From: a virus
Lineage: Duplodnaviria > Caudoviricetes
IMG/VR virus record: IMGVR_UViG_3300012352_000293
Location: 1-39,181 of that record
Reading direction: 5' to 3' (one strand)
Length of the DNA: 39,181 nucleotides
Each line of letters begins with the position of its first letter. Position 1 is the stretch's first letter. Position numbers and translations under genes: made by a program. This document shows positions 23,342-33,056 of the stretch, piece after piece. The notes beneath the pieces were generated by a model. It was not told the DNA's origin. It ran no database searches and saw only the letters and a list, made by a program, of their open reading frames with translations.

Positions 23342-24367
23342 TTACCAACGCAATAGGACAGCGCCCGCACCGCCACCACCGCCACCGCCACCGCCATTTG
23401 CAACGCCTGCACCACCCGCACCACCTGACGCACCGCCAGAGTTACTGCCCCCTGCACCGCCTGCGCCACTTGCAGAACCGACATAAGGGTAACCAGATGA
23501 ACCCCCATTGCCATTTAAAGACGCACCGCCTGCGCCACCGACGATGTTACTTCCAAATGTTGAAGAACCGCCACCACCACCGCCAGACCATCCCGCACCG
23601 CCACCGCCACCGCCAATATAACTGCCGAAACCTTCCTCTGTATATGATGGCCCTTGCGCGCCTGCATTGCCTCCAACATTCACAAGTTCTTTTACAAAAA
23701 AACTAGAGTATGTTGCCGTTGAAATTTGACCAGTTCCACCGCCACCGCCACCAGTCACAGAAATAAAACTGCCAAAAGATGATGTGCCGCCAGTAGTTCC
23801 ATTTGTAACTTGACCGCCTTGCCTACCCGCACCACCCGCACCACCATTGCCAACAGTTATAGGAATACTTGCGCCAGATGTTAAGCCCGTCACAAAAACT
23901 TCGCAAATAAGCGAATTATTACCAGAAATCCCGCTAAGAGTTCCTGCCCCTTGACCACCACCACCGCCCGCAATAACAGTTGCATAAACAGATGTAACAC
24001 CCGTAGGAACTGTAAAAGTTCCATTGCCTAAAAACAATTGTTGTTGATTTGCAGAAACAATTGTCACCGCACCAGTCTGCCCATTAACGCTAGTGACACC
24101 GCCATTTGCGGCAGTTGTTGCTGTTGTAGCACTAGTCGCAGTTGTAGCCGTAGCCGCATTGCCTGAAATGCTAATTGCCCATGTGCCAGAAGCATCACCA
24201 CCAGTTCTTGTTGGCACAACTAAATTTGTTCTTGCCGCGGCCGCAGATGACGCGCCCGTGCCGCCATTAGCAATAGGGACAGCGTTAACCAACCCATCAG
24301 TCGCATCAAGTTGCCCCGCTGTGTTTAGGTTGTTTGCAAGTTGCGATAGGTTATATGCTTGTGTCAT
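23342..24367 (-). CDS. Glycine-rich tail / adhesin protein
   Basis: FTVPTGVT...AGGGGG glycine-rich domain; ANGGTGA motif. Confidence 0.85.
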   Translation of the reverse strand: MTQAYNLSQLANNLNTAGQLDATDGLVNAVPIANGGTGASSAAAARTNLVVPTRTGGDASGTWAISISGNAATATTATSATTATTAANGGVTSVNGQTGAVTIVSANQQQLFLGNGTFTVPTGVTSVYATVIAGGGGGQGAGTLSGISGNNSLICEVFVTGLTSGASIPITVGNGGAGGAGRQGGQVTNGTTGGTSSFGSFISVTGGGGGGTGQISTATYSSFFVKELVNVGGNAGAQGPSYTEEGFGSYIGGGGGGAGWSGGGGGGSSTFGSNIVGGAGGASLNGNGGSSGYPYVGSASGAGGAGGSNSGGASGGAGGAGVANGGGGGGGGGAGAVLLRW

Positions 24368-24376
24368 AGTTTTTCC

Positions 24377-27300
24377 TTATGCCGCGCCAATTCTAGCGAA
24401 TGTCTGTTGATTTAACAATGTGAAGTTATTAGGGAAAGACTGCGTTAAATTGTATCCCGCAGAGTTTGCCGTGTAGTCAAAGCCGTTTATTAAAATCATG
24501 CCGTTAGCATAAACTTGCATTGCCAAAGGATTATTTGGGAATGGATAAGTAATAGCACCACTTGCTGAATATGTAACTGTATTTGTCACATTTGATGCAG
24601 GAACACCAAAATTGTTTGCGGCAAATTGAATGAAAGTAAATCTGCCAGTCACAGGCGCAGGAAACCCCGTTGCTTGGTTTCCCGACAAGTCATAGTCAAT
24701 TTCGTTAAATTGAACCCCGTTGACATAGAAAGATTCAAAGCCATTTCTAATGGCCATGCCAATGCCGTTGTAATAATTTTGATTTGTTATTTGTGTCGTA
24801 ATTCTTGTAAAAGGGGCATACGAAGCATTTGCCAATCGTTTGCGATATACATTTAAACCAACTGCGCTTTCTGGCAATTCGACAGAAAAAAACACCTGAT
24901 TGGACAAAGGGTCGTAACTGTCAACAGTATAAACATCAGGCGGGCTTGGCAATTGATCTGGTGGCACATCTGAAAAACATACCAAATCGCCCGCTTTGAA
25001 CCATTGATATGGCGCGCCATTGCAAATGAAAGTCGAAAGAAAATCAATTTGCGCCACTGTCGTAATCATATCTTCGTAATAGATATTTTTACTGACCGCC
25101 CTCATGCTTATCAAAACAACTTTTGCGCCTGCCGCGCAGGGCGTAGCCATAACAATTCCAGATGAACTCTCGGTGTATTCGCTTGTATCTAACAACATCC
25201 CGTTCATAAACACCAACATTTGACCAACGATATGCGTTAGGTTAAAAGTTGTCTGACCCGCTGTTGCATCGAACACTTGTTCTGTGTAGTAAAAATCGTC
25301 TGGTTCAACATATCCAACAATGCGGCCAAACACATCGATTGTTAAAGTTCCTGTTGTAATTGTCTTTTGATAAACACCACTACCAAAATTCAAGAACTTT
25401 TCAAGCGAAACAACCATTGAACCATTTGTGTTGTTGATAACACTAACAAGACCATCCGCTGAACCCGTAGATGTTGTGCCAGTTCTTGTGTTTTGTCCAG
25501 TTCGCGCATCAAGGTCAATGTAATTTAATCCGTCTTGCAACGCACCCCATATTGATGTGTCATAGATTGATGTTTCAGTTGGAACAAATGTGCCACCAAC
25601 ATTTGGAAAGGCCGCATTGCCAACAGCAAAACTAAACTTGCGGTTTGAACGATTAGCAAACAACAAATAATTTGCAGATTCAAAACTTCCCGCATACCAA
25701 GTGTAGTCAGAAGCATTGGTACTTCCATTTGCTGTGGTGTTGTTAAACAAACCAAAGTACGATTTATTTCTAGGGTTAAGGCTAAACCCTGTCGTGCCAG
25801 TTGCGTTGTCAGCATATGCCACCGCAATCCATCTGTTCGTATATTGGAAAGTCGTTGGCCGCCAATTAAAAACGGCAGATGCTGTTGAATATTGGCTAGT
25901 TGCAATCCCGTTAATAATGCGCGTAAACAGATACCAATTCCCTGCGGGGATTTGCAAATTGACAGTTGGCAATGTTTGACCAACAACAAATGGAACGCCA
26001 TTGCTAGGCAACGATGTTGTGCCGCCTAAATAAATCTGCGTTGATGTAGGGTTGGCAAATGCTGAATACCAAATTTCTGCATACGATGCAAAACTAGCAG
26101 TCCCCATGTATGGTTGCACATCAAAACTAGGAACTGCCGCGGTTGGATATTGAGCCGCAATAGTTGGCGCAGGAATGACACCAAAATATGATGGGTCGGG
26201 CAAATCAGTATTGGGTGCAGGCGTGTATTTGGTAATGTCGCGGTCATCATAGACTTGCGCGTTGTATTCGTTCAAATCAAAAGTTGCACCAAGATTTCCA
26301 TCAGGCAATGAAATTTCAGCAACCTTCATTACGCGGAACAATTTGTTTGTCCATCCGTATGAAGAATTTGTGATTGAGATAACATCGCCTGCATCAACCT
26401 GAATGCCAGTGTAGGCAGTGCTGATTGTGACAATCAAATCTTCGCGTGCTTGTTCCAAAATCCTTGATGCCAAATACTGCGCTTGCACAGAATCATTGAC
26501 CATTGAAAATTGAACTGACTGTTTGTTAATCGGTTCGTTGGGGTACAACAAATTGGCAGGCGTTTCGTAGTAAACAAATTCTGATTGATCTCTGTTTTGC
26601 TTACTTGGGAATTCCGCTTCAATCTGGTTGACACTACTTGTAATGTCAAAAGCACTTACGCGAATTTCACCGATGATGTTGCTGTCGTTAAAAGCATATG
26701 CAGTTGTTTCTGCTTTGTTAATTACAATACTCCATTGGCCCAATGCCGCGTTGTATTGATTCCAAGAATCGCAGGCAATCATAATTGCGTTGATGTTGCT
26801 CAAACAACTTTGACCTGTATCAACAACACCATTGATTCGATATCTAGGTTGATTCCAAAAGCCGCCATTTTCTGTGTATGGAATAACCTCATCTGAATAA
26901 GCATTCAATGCAGTAGCAGAATTTGCATTGACGATATCGGGGGACATAGCCGCCCCGTACAATTCATTTGTGATGTAGTCGTACCAAACATCTCCGGGCT
27001 TTGCAACTCCCGTGTTGTTCAAATAATGTGAAGCCTTAAATGTCACTGTTTGCATACCAGTTGTTTCGGCATCGCGGTTGTAGTTCAATTTAATAATTGC
27101 AAACGCCAAGCCGTTCATTTGGCGGTTAGTAGGCGACCAACGCGTTTCGCTTGGAATGTCTGAGCCGCCCATAAAGGTTGATGGCAAAGAAGCGCCATTT
27201 GTTGAACTAATAACGCCAGTCTGTGTTGACTTATACAAAGCGATATACAAATTGCCGCTAATTTTTGTATCTACATTACCCGCGCCATCTGTCAGACTAA

Positions 27301-27697
27301 TGACCTTTGTTTGGTCTGTGCCATCAAAAGTAATCTTGCGGTCGCCCCAATACATATCGGTTGTATTAAAAGAAAACTGACCATTAGGGCTAATGTGAGA
27401 AATGACCATTACATAGTACATAGTTTTTGCATCTGTACTTAGCACGGCATCAACAAAGCGGCCACCACAATAAGCATCACCATAAATGACAGGGATGCTA
27501 TTTGTAGATGATGGGGGAACTTGTTGCCGTACGCCATTGTCAACCGATTGATTGCCGCTTGCGCTTGGTGCAAATGCGCGTGAAACAATGCTTGATACTG
27601 CAAAGTTAATTGCAAATGCAACCGCCATCTGTCCCGCACTTAGCAAACCAACAGCGGCCAAGTTGTAATAAGACATCACCAACATTGTCCCGACCAT
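24377..27697 (-). CDS. Tail tip / central fibre protein (lambda J-like)
   Basis: 1106 aa; IPVIYG, RYRINGVVDT, GDVISIT...KLFRVMK, EYNAQVY. Confidence 0.9.
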   Translation of the reverse strand: MVGTMLVMSYYNLAAVGLLSAGQMAVAFAINFAVSSIVSRAFAPSASGNQSVDNGVRQQVPPSSTNSIPVIYGDAYCGGRFVDAVLSTDAKTMYYVMVISHISPNGQFSFNTTDMYWGDRKITFDGTDQTKVISLTDGAGNVDTKISGNLYIALYKSTQTGVISSTNGASLPSTFMGGSDIPSETRWSPTNRQMNGLAFAIIKLNYNRDAETTGMQTVTFKASHYLNNTGVAKPGDVWYDYITNELYGAAMSPDIVNANSATALNAYSDEVIPYTENGGFWNQPRYRINGVVDTGQSCLSNINAIMIACDSWNQYNAALGQWSIVINKAETTAYAFNDSNIIGEIRVSAFDITSSVNQIEAEFPSKQNRDQSEFVYYETPANLLYPNEPINKQSVQFSMVNDSVQAQYLASRILEQAREDLIVTISTAYTGIQVDAGDVISITNSSYGWTNKLFRVMKVAEISLPDGNLGATFDLNEYNAQVYDDRDITKYTPAPNTDLPDPSYFGVIPAPTIAAQYPTAAVPSFDVQPYMGTASFASYAEIWYSAFANPTSTQIYLGGTTSLPSNGVPFVVGQTLPTVNLQIPAGNWYLFTRIINGIATSQYSTASAVFNWRPTTFQYTNRWIAVAYADNATGTTGFSLNPRNKSYFGLFNNTTANGSTNASDYTWYAGSFESANYLLFANRSNRKFSFAVGNAAFPNVGGTFVPTETSIYDTSIWGALQDGLNYIDLDARTGQNTRTGTTSTGSADGLVSVINNTNGSMVVSLEKFLNFGSGVYQKTITTGTLTIDVFGRIVGYVEPDDFYYTEQVFDATAGQTTFNLTHIVGQMLVFMNGMLLDTSEYTESSSGIVMATPCAAGAKVVLISMRAVSKNIYYEDMITTVAQIDFLSTFICNGAPYQWFKAGDLVCFSDVPPDQLPSPPDVYTVDSYDPLSNQVFFSVELPESAVGLNVYRKRLANASYAPFTRITTQITNQNYYNGIGMAIRNGFESFYVNGVQFNEIDYDLSGNQATGFPAPVTGRFTFIQFAANNFGVPASNVTNTVTYSASGAITYPFPNNPLAMQVYANGMILINGFDYTANSAGYNLTQSFPNNFTLLNQQTFARIGAA

Positions 27698-27699
27698 TT

Positions 27700-28146
27700 T
27701 TATTCCTTTACAAAACTTGCGCCAATCGGCATATAGCCGCGCTTGGTGTAATCAATCAACGGGCCTGATGCTGAAATCGAAGTTATAGCGCAATGCACAT
27801 CACCACGCTTTAACATTTCGTTTGCTTCATCATCAAACGCTTTCCACAACCGACCGCCAATTGTGCCGTTCCTGTATTCAGGTTCAACCCACCAAAGCAG
27901 TTCGTTCAATTCTCGCACTTTTGGACACCATATGTTTTGGTTTTTTATTCCAATGATTGCACCACGCATATGGTTATCAATGTAAATAAAACCCCTCCCC
28001 ATGATGATTCCAAACAAAAGGCTTTCAACATATTTAGCATCGTGATTTACTTGTTTACCAAGAACTGTTATTGGATTCTCGAACGCATACGCTTCAACAA
28101 TTTCAAGCAGTCTTGGTATATCGTATCTTGTCGCTTTTCTTATCAT
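27700..28146 (-). CDS. GNAT acetyltransferase in tail module
   Basis: MIRKAT..D, WWVEPEYRNGTIGGRL, YTKRGY. Confidence 0.85.
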   Translation of the reverse strand: MIRKATRYDIPRLLEIVEAYAFENPITVLGKQVNHDAKYVESLLFGIIMGRGFIYIDNHMRGAIIGIKNQNIWCPKVRELNELLWWVEPEYRNGTIGGRLWKAFDDEANEMLKRGDVHCAITSISASGPLIDYTKRGYMPIGASFVKE

Positions 28147-28781
28147 TGTCCAAATATTCTTTGCGATGGGGCGTTAGATGTTGCCTGACTTCCACTAGAA
28201 CTAGGTTGCCCACCAAAATCAAAATAAGAACCCGCAATGGTCGGTACGCGGTTCATACTAGTGTCGGCAGGGTAATATACTTGCCAAATCTTTGGCGTTG
28301 TCCTAACCCCGCCTACGCGGTTTTCAAGAATGGTTCTAAATGAAGCGCAGGACAAACCAACAGTTGCAACGCGGGTTCGCATTTGTTCGTTCCAATCTTC
28401 AGTAATAGAAAAGTTTGAAACGATGCCCTGATACCGCTTAAAAAACTGTTGTGTTGGCGTTTGGATAATCTGGTTGTTCGCATCTAAGAACCCGCGCCAA
28501 ACTTCAATGCGCGAACCCTTAATGTCTGAACTTAAAATTAAAGATACATTTGTTCCATCAACGCCAGTTAACGCAACAGACAAATCTGAACTTGTTGCTT
28601 TAATGTCGCGCTTGATTTCACTCAGTTGCAAATAACTTCCCAAATTTGTAAACGAAATACCATTGACAATAATTGGTGAAGCCGCATTGCAAAATGTATA
28701 TGTGGCATTTGGCATTGTTAGCCGTATGAATTCGGCTTGGCGTATAGACGGGCTGTCCAACGCTGTCATTGTTGTTGTCAT
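28143..28781 (-). CDS. Tail hub / minor tail protein (gpL/DUF2163-like)
   Basis: Position between distal tail and tip genes; beta-rich. Confidence 0.65.
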   Translation of the reverse strand: MTTTMTALDSPSIRQAEFIRLTMPNATYTFCNAASPIIVNGISFTNLGSYLQLSEIKRDIKATSSDLSVALTGVDGTNVSLILSSDIKGSRIEVWRGFLDANNQIIQTPTQQFFKRYQGIVSNFSITEDWNEQMRTRVATVGLSCASFRTILENRVGGVRTTPKIWQVYYPADTSMNRVPTIAGSYFDFGGQPSSSGSQATSNAPSQRIFGQ

Positions 28782-29428
28782 CCTGTAATGTCCTCTCTAA
28801 ATACAAACGCATCATCCCATTGAACGAACGCACCACTTGGGGCAGGCATCAATGTGTATGTTGGGCATTGTTCCGCCAACATATAAAAAGTGCAAGCGTT
28901 ACCAACCGCGGTTAAAGTTCCAACAGTAGTCGTGCCAATTACAGGGCGATGCAAAGTAACAGAAACTGTTGAAGCACTACCCCGCAAAACATCTGTTGTA
29001 ACTTTATAAGGATACAACCCTAATTGCAAGAAATCGCCCGCTTTAAAAATATATGCAGTTGATGCAACAGAAGGCAAATTGCCAACAGTAATTGTTTGCG
29101 AGTTTGCCGCGGGAACAGATGCCAAAGTTAACGCATTAACTTGTTCGGTAGTTAAGTCGCCTTGGTAGGCAGTAAACCAAGAAAGATTTTGGCTTGCAAA
29201 CGAAATGGTTTCAGGCAATTGCCTGTCTTTATTGTCAATCGTTTGAATCACATCACGAACTTGCGGGTAATACAAATACGAATGTGGCGTTACAGTAAAA
29301 ACCCAAGGCACTGATGTTAAATATTGTGCAACGCGAACTTGACCTGAACGGCTAACTTGTTGTCCAACAGTTCTGCGGTTTTGCACAGACATTGATTGTT
29401 GAATTTCAAAAATAGTTTGGAACGACAT
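28778..29428 (-). CDS. Distal tail protein
   Basis: Immediately after tape measure; ATG 29428 (MSFQTIF); KAGDFLQ motif. Confidence 0.7.
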   Translation of the reverse strand: MSFQTIFEIQQSMSVQNRRTVGQQVSRSGQVRVAQYLTSVPWVFTVTPHSYLYYPQVRDVIQTIDNKDRQLPETISFASQNLSWFTAYQGDLTTEQVNALTLASVPAANSQTITVGNLPSVASTAYIFKAGDFLQLGLYPYKVTTDVLRGSASTVSVTLHRPVIGTTTVGTLTAVGNACTFYMLAEQCPTYTLMPAPSGAFVQWDDAFVFREDITG

Positions 29429-29430
29429 TT

Positions 29431-31422
29431 TTATGTTCTCCCGAAATTGGTTGGCATATTCTTGCCTGCATATTGATTTGCCGCCCAAACAGCGTTTGAA
29501 CTTCCTAGCAATCTATCTTCAAAGGATTTTGTATCAATTGCGTTAATGTAGTTGTTGGTCACATTAGTTGTGCCGCCCATGCCCGATAGCGCATGATTTG
29601 GAATAATTGTTCCTGCTGTTCTTGGAACAAAAATTTCTGGGCCGCGTTCACCAACAATGCTTGGTTGACCAACAGAAGGGTTGCCGCCATCCGCATATCC
29701 GGGCATTCCCAACACCGATGCCCCTGCCATTTGATTGCCACCACCAAACAACGAACCCAACAACCTGAAAGCCATTGCCTTCATCTGCATTGCAAGTATG
29801 TCCTGAATGATGCTACGCGCCAAATCTTTAAAACTCAATTTGCCAGTGCGAACAAAGTTATCGATTGCCGAACCCATGTTGCCCATCAAAGAATCAAAAG
29901 CCTTTTCGCCCATTTCCAAATCGGTTGGTAAATTACGCAAGAATTCACCCATGCGTTTTGTTACGCCTTCTTCATAAGTGCCTTCACGCAAGCCTTTTGT
30001 AAGGCGGTGTTTTTCTCTTGCAATTGCCAATGACTTTTCTGCCAAAGCATTTTCACGCGTTTCTGCTTCAAGTCTTGCTGTTGCAGTTAAGTCCCTACGG
30101 CTTCCAATTTCTTCAAGATTTCTTTCTAGTTGTTGGCGAATCAATAATTGTTCGCGTTCTAATGCGTAATCTTCTTGACGCATACCGCTAGATTTCATTT
30201 CTAATTGCATCAATTCTTTTTCGCTATCAAGCGCAATGCCCATTAACCTTTGGCGTTCTGCAACCGCGGCATTGCCTTTGTCATACATTGCAAAGAATTC
30301 TGCACGGGCTTTTGCATCTTCTTCAGCAGATTTTTGTGCGTTTGCCGCACCTTGTGCATAAATCTGCATTTGCCTTTTGCGTTCTTTTTCCGCTTCTTTA
30401 GATTCAGAAACAACGCGGCCACCTTTACCACCAGAAGGTTTTTTGTTGTCTGTTCTGCGTTCATCAACACTACTTCGGCCAGTGCTTACGCCCATCACTT
30501 GATCTTGATAAAAATCTAAGTTCTGCCGTGATGTTTTAACTTTGGCGTTGTATTCTTCATTGGCCTTAATTGCGGCATCTTTACCTTTTGTTATTAAAGT
30601 GACCGCGTTGTTGTAAGTATGTCCAATCTCATCAAAGATTGTTTTAAAGAACCAACCAATTTCAGAACCCAAAACAGTCACTGTTTGAAATACAGTTCTA
30701 AAGATGCCACTAAGTGAAACACCTTGGTCGCCCAATGTTTTCATATAGTCAACAGTGGCTTTAAGAATTGGCCCAAGTTCTGTACCAAGAATCACCATTA
30801 CATCGCGTGATGTTTGTGCAAACAAATCGTATGTATCTGCCGCGGCTTTAATTGCTTTTTCTTGTTCTTCAATTAAAGGATTGACTTGCGACATTTTGTC
30901 AGCGAAGCCTTGCATATCAACACCTTTGGCGGCCTTGGAAAAGATTTCCATTGCCTTGGCGTTACGCGTTACGGGGTCTTCAATTTTCCCTAGATTTGCA
31001 ACAACTTTGTTTAGCAATTCTTCTTGGGAAAGCGTGCCTAAATCTTTTAAACTAACGCCTAAATTTTGGGCAGTCTTTTGTGCTTTATCTGAACCACTAG
31101 CGGCTTCGTCAATAAACTTTGCAAACGCTGAAAGCATCTTTCCCGCGTTGTCTGCTTTGCCACCTGAGTTTGCCAACGCATCAGAAAGTTTAAGAACAGT
31201 ACCAATTGCAACTTCATTGGCTTCTGCAACATCTGCAAGTTCGTCTGCGTATTTAAGTGCCGCGGCACTAGCGGCAACTAAAGCGGTTGCGCCAATCTTG
31301 CCAAATTTTTCTGCGGTTTGGCTGAATTGTTCAAGTTTCTTTCCCGCGGCTTCAATGCCTTTATTAAACTCCGCAGTATCTAAACCTAATGCAACCCCAA
31401 GTCGGGCAATCATATTAGCCAT
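29431..31422 (-). CDS. Tape measure protein
   Basis: 663-aa helical Ala/Lys-rich; TGKLSFKDLARSII and YADGG...VGERGPEIF lambda-like C-terminus. Confidence 0.93.
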   Translation of the reverse strand: MANMIARLGVALGLDTAEFNKGIEAAGKKLEQFSQTAEKFGKIGATALVAASAAALKYADELADVAEANEVAIGTVLKLSDALANSGGKADNAGKMLSAFAKFIDEAASGSDKAQKTAQNLGVSLKDLGTLSQEELLNKVVANLGKIEDPVTRNAKAMEIFSKAAKGVDMQGFADKMSQVNPLIEEQEKAIKAAADTYDLFAQTSRDVMVILGTELGPILKATVDYMKTLGDQGVSLSGIFRTVFQTVTVLGSEIGWFFKTIFDEIGHTYNNAVTLITKGKDAAIKANEEYNAKVKTSRQNLDFYQDQVMGVSTGRSSVDERRTDNKKPSGGKGGRVVSESKEAEKERKRQMQIYAQGAANAQKSAEEDAKARAEFFAMYDKGNAAVAERQRLMGIALDSEKELMQLEMKSSGMRQEDYALEREQLLIRQQLERNLEEIGSRRDLTATARLEAETRENALAEKSLAIAREKHRLTKGLREGTYEEGVTKRMGEFLRNLPTDLEMGEKAFDSLMGNMGSAIDNFVRTGKLSFKDLARSIIQDILAMQMKAMAFRLLGSLFGGGNQMAGASVLGMPGYADGGNPSVGQPSIVGERGPEIFVPRTAGTIIPNHALSGMGGTTNVTNNYINAIDTKSFEDRLLGSSNAVWAANQYAGKNMPTNFGRT

Positions 31423-31786
31423 CTTTTACCCCAAACTTTGTTTTATTGAATCCCTGCGCCTGCGAGATAAAACCAATCAGGCTGTCGTTTACTGCCGCCT
31501 TTTCCTGTTCTTTAGTCAATGGCGGATATATGTAATCATACGCACTACCTAAAATGTTGGCTAGTTTATAAAGCGGGGAATTTGGTGGCCGCATATAGTT
31601 GAACACCCCATTTGTAAGGTTTGCTATCTGCGTTAAAAGCCCGTAGTTTCCAATCAAACCATCTGCATACATCGTTTGGATGTTTGCCATAGTTATATCG
31701 TCAATTTCGGCTATTGAATCAGGGGTATGCCCGTTAAAAACCATTGCCGCAACGCATTGGGTTTTTAACGAGCCAATCAGTTTCCC
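31415..31786 (-). CDS. Tail assembly chaperone gpGT extension (-1 frameshift product)
   Basis: The -1 frame after G GGA AAC is open (GKLIGSLKTQCVAAMVFNGH...) into 31415..31744. Confidence 0.8.
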   Translation of the reverse strand, partial: GKLIGSLKTQCVAAMVFNGHTPDSIAEIDDITMANIQTMYADGLIGNYGLLTQIANLTNGVFNYMRPPNSPLYKLANILGSAYDYIYPPLTKEQEKAAVNDSLIGFISQAQGFNKTKFGVKDG

Positions 31787-32259
31787 CGCGCTTCCTTATA
31801 GGTCGGGCTAATGACTTCGCCAATCTTTTCAACAATCTGCATCTGAACAGAAATTGGGAATTCTTCTTCAATGTCTTTGTAGGTCAAATCTTCAAAACTT
31901 GCACCTTCCAATTCTGGAACAAGTAGTTTAAAAAACTCAGTAATTCGGGCTTCAGTGATTGCTTTGTTTTTGGCCGCTTCACGCATAGAACGCCCATCAA
32001 CCAGAATGTCGTTTTCAGTAAACTTAAATTCTTCTGTTTGGTTGTCTTTAAATTGTTGCAATGGCGCAGTAATTAAATGATAAATCCTATCGATTGTTAC
32101 TTCATCAGGGTTTGCAACTTTCTGATAAATCGCTTCAGATTCTGCAACCAATGGAATGCGAACTTTGAAGATGTGACCACCTAATTCAAATGTTCGCGTT
32201 AGAAGATTCTTTTTGTTGCTTTGGTACTTGTCGCCAAATGCGCTTGAAAATTTTGTCAT
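31777..32259 (-). CDS. Tail assembly chaperone gpG
   Basis: Upstream of tape measure; ends ...ARGN at the slippery heptamer. Confidence 0.85.
   Translation of the reverse strand: MTKFSSAFGDKYQSNKKNLLTRTFELGGHIFKVRIPLVAESEAIYQKVANPDEVTIDRIYHLITAPLQQFKDNQTEEFKFTENDILVDGRSMREAAKNKAITEARITEFFKLLVPELEGASFEDLTYKDIEEEFPISVQMQIVEKIGEVISPTYKEARGN
31780..31786 (-). promoter_or_regulatory. -1 programmed frameshift site GGGAAAC
   Basis: XXXYYYZ heptamer in the correct phase immediately before the gpG stop. Confidence 0.85.
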
Positions 32260-32822
32260 TTCTGTTTTGCCTTGTATTGATTTAACCGCCTACCTAAAAT
32301 ATCCCCAAGTCGTTTTGCGGTTTCTGCCGCTTGGGATTCCAATGCGGGGCGCAAATATGGCTGTGCGCCATTTCTTGAACTCCCGAATTCTTGCGCTACT
32401 GCCCTTGCATCACTTTTGATGCCTTCAAATTTGTGGGCCTTGTACGCGTATAAATGGCCATCGCCCTCCATTTTTGCAAGTCGTTTTTTTGCTTTTTCTA
32501 ATCCCGCATCTTCACTCATTTGTTCTAATTTTTTACCTGATGCAGTCGTAACAACAGCAATCACTGTGTCATTCTCTGTGATGTACTTAGAACGCCTGTC
32601 GCGATTGGTTGGCCTGCGGGCTTCAACTTGAAGTGATAGTTTCAAACCGCCTGTATCCATTGGCGCGTTTAATTGTGCCATTTGCAAAACGGGCTTCATT
32701 GCTTCCCGTGCGGCAGGAATTAGAATTTTACTTTGAGCAGTTTTGTCGCCAATCTCTGCGGCTAATTCTTCAAATGCGGCATATACATCTTTCAAACCTT
32801 CAATTTTGAAAGTAACGCCCAT
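32256..32822 (-). CDS. HK97 gp10-like tail completion / neck protein
   Basis: FKIEGL, APMDTGGLKLS, QEFGS...AQPYLRPALES. Confidence 0.85.
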   Translation of the reverse strand: MGVTFKIEGLKDVYAAFEELAAEIGDKTAQSKILIPAAREAMKPVLQMAQLNAPMDTGGLKLSLQVEARRPTNRDRRSKYITENDTVIAVVTTASGKKLEQMSEDAGLEKAKKRLAKMEGDGHLYAYKAHKFEGIKSDARAVAQEFGSSRNGAQPYLRPALESQAAETAKRLGDILGRRLNQYKAKQK

Positions 32823-32824
32823 GA

Positions 32825-33052
32825 TTAGCCCATTGGTTTAATGATCTTTTGATACAACGCGTTATTCAGCGTGTACACATAATCAACGATTTCATCAGGC
32901 GTGAATTTGTCCGCATGGTTAGCGGCAATCTCATGCGCTAATGAAATCGCTGTTAATTTCTGTTGAGTAAACCCAAACCAATCCTTGCGTGAATCGGATT
33001 GGGTTATCAGAAAGCCTAGAAGGTCGTTAGTATCTTTTATTGTAGTTTGCAT
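32825..33052 (-). CDS. Hypothetical protein (75 aa)
   Basis: ATG 33052 (MQTTIKD) just after the tail tube stop; the longer ORF-track version overlaps the tube gene. Confidence 0.7.
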   Translation of the reverse strand: MQTTIKDTNDLLGFLITQSDSRKDWFGFTQQKLTAISLAHEIAANHADKFTPDEIVDYVYTLNNALYQKIIKPMG

Positions 33053-33056
33053 ATTT

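Noticed and set aside
23342-23660. GC-rich (ccg/cca)n tract as a DNA-level repeat element
   Set aside because: Fully explained by polyglycine codons of the glycine-rich tail protein.
30755-31552. 265-aa plus-strand ORF (and similar ones at 2636..3064, 19580..20086, 23308..23706, 35906..36334)
   Set aside because: Antisense shadows of well-supported minus-strand genes, with no RBS or recognisable motifs.
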